From NCBI GenBank assembly GCA_002269645.1, contig NIVC01000181.1:337693-401692 (forward strand): DNA of 64,000 bases, given 5' to 3'. This DNA is from Macrostomum lignano. Its lineage: Eukaryota. Made by a program: the position numbers and the translations under genes. Below, one piece after another: positions 38,301-64,000 of the stretch. Below the pieces are notes generated by a model, which was not told where the DNA came from, made no database searches, and worked only from the letters and a program-made list of their open reading frames with translations. Each line of letters opens with the position of its first letter. Positions within the stretch are counted from its first letter, which is position 1.

Positions 38301-38853
38301 TCGCTTCCCATTGCGTCGCGCCCGCATCGCGCTGGATCTGCAAACTCCCCTCTCCTCCCCCAGTTGCCTTCTCTGCCTCATCCTCTTCCTGTCTCCAGCA
38401 GTTTTTTCTCTTCCTTTTCACCCAAATAAGCGCCGATCGAGAGCCCGTGTCCGTGGCGCCCTAAAATTCCTGCCAGCAGTAGGAGCAGCAGCGGGAGCAG
38501 CTCTACCGGTTCTCTCTCCCAGTTCCGCAGTCGCACCCCCTTCTGGTTGGCAAGCTGCCCCAACAACCGCTGGCGGCCTAGTCAAAGAGAATTTTCCAGC
38601 CTAGAAATATACTGTGCATAATAATTGCCTTCTTTGTCAGCAAAGCAGTCGTTCGGCAAGGACAGCTTCGTCTCAGAACCAACTAAGCAGCCTCCCGCAC
38701 ATCGGCAGCGGCCCTCACTGTGGAGGAGGGCGCCATGCTAGCAGCAGCGCAGCATGCGAGCGCCACGAGCACCCGACAAACAGTCAAGCTGATTGACAAC
38801 AACGACAGCTTGTATTAATCACTGTTGCTCCAATATCCTTCCTGATCGTTGCC

Positions 38854-63809
<24,956 letters not shown>

Positions 63810-63916
63810 GTAAGAAAAACGTTGAATAAATTCATTTTCCACATTTATTTGGGGTTGTGCACGAAGAGTTGGCCGAGCGTTTTTCGTCCGATTCACACCT
63901 CTGAAAGGTAACCTCT

Positions 63917-63979
63917 AAGGCACAGAGTGTGTACATGCCTGACGATTAGAAAGTCAGGGCCGCTGTACTCCTGTGTGAG
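63917..63979 (+). mobile_element. Fragment of the SINE family 2 body
   Basis: AAGGCACAG..GTGTACATGCCT.ACGAT...AAAGT.AGGGCCGCTGTAC..TCCTGTGTGAG matches the reverse complement of about 59985-60050. Confidence 0.55.
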
Positions 63980-64000
63980 GGTGAGAATGACTGTACACTC

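Overview
Eukaryotic (invertebrate animal) genomic DNA with spliceosomal introns, GC-rich exons and introns packed with mini- and microsatellites. This style suggests a flatworm such as Macrostomum, which is inference only. Six protein-coding loci are supported: the 3' part of a type I inositol polyphosphate 5-phosphatase (INPP5A-like, +); four co-oriented minus-strand genes (SSR2/TRAP-beta, a TLDc-domain protein, LAPTM4-like, and an otopetrin-family channel that is frame-disrupted as assembled); and a T-type Cav3 calcium channel (+) from its start codon to domain IV S1, running off the window end. Cav3 intron 1 is a 4.9-kb U12-type AT-AC intron that also contains an in-frame nested GT-AG splice path (twintron-like). 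Two tRNA-derived SINE families, several MITEs and about 29 tandem arrays are present. An AT-rich element graveyard (about 30.1-36.4 kb) shows C>T/G>A divergence enriched at CpA as well as CpG. Nearly all long ORFs in the supplied track are translations of tandem repeats. No prokaryotic features, CRISPR arrays, rRNA or functional tRNA were found. Exon coordinates come from hand splicing, and tandem-array boundaries are approximate.
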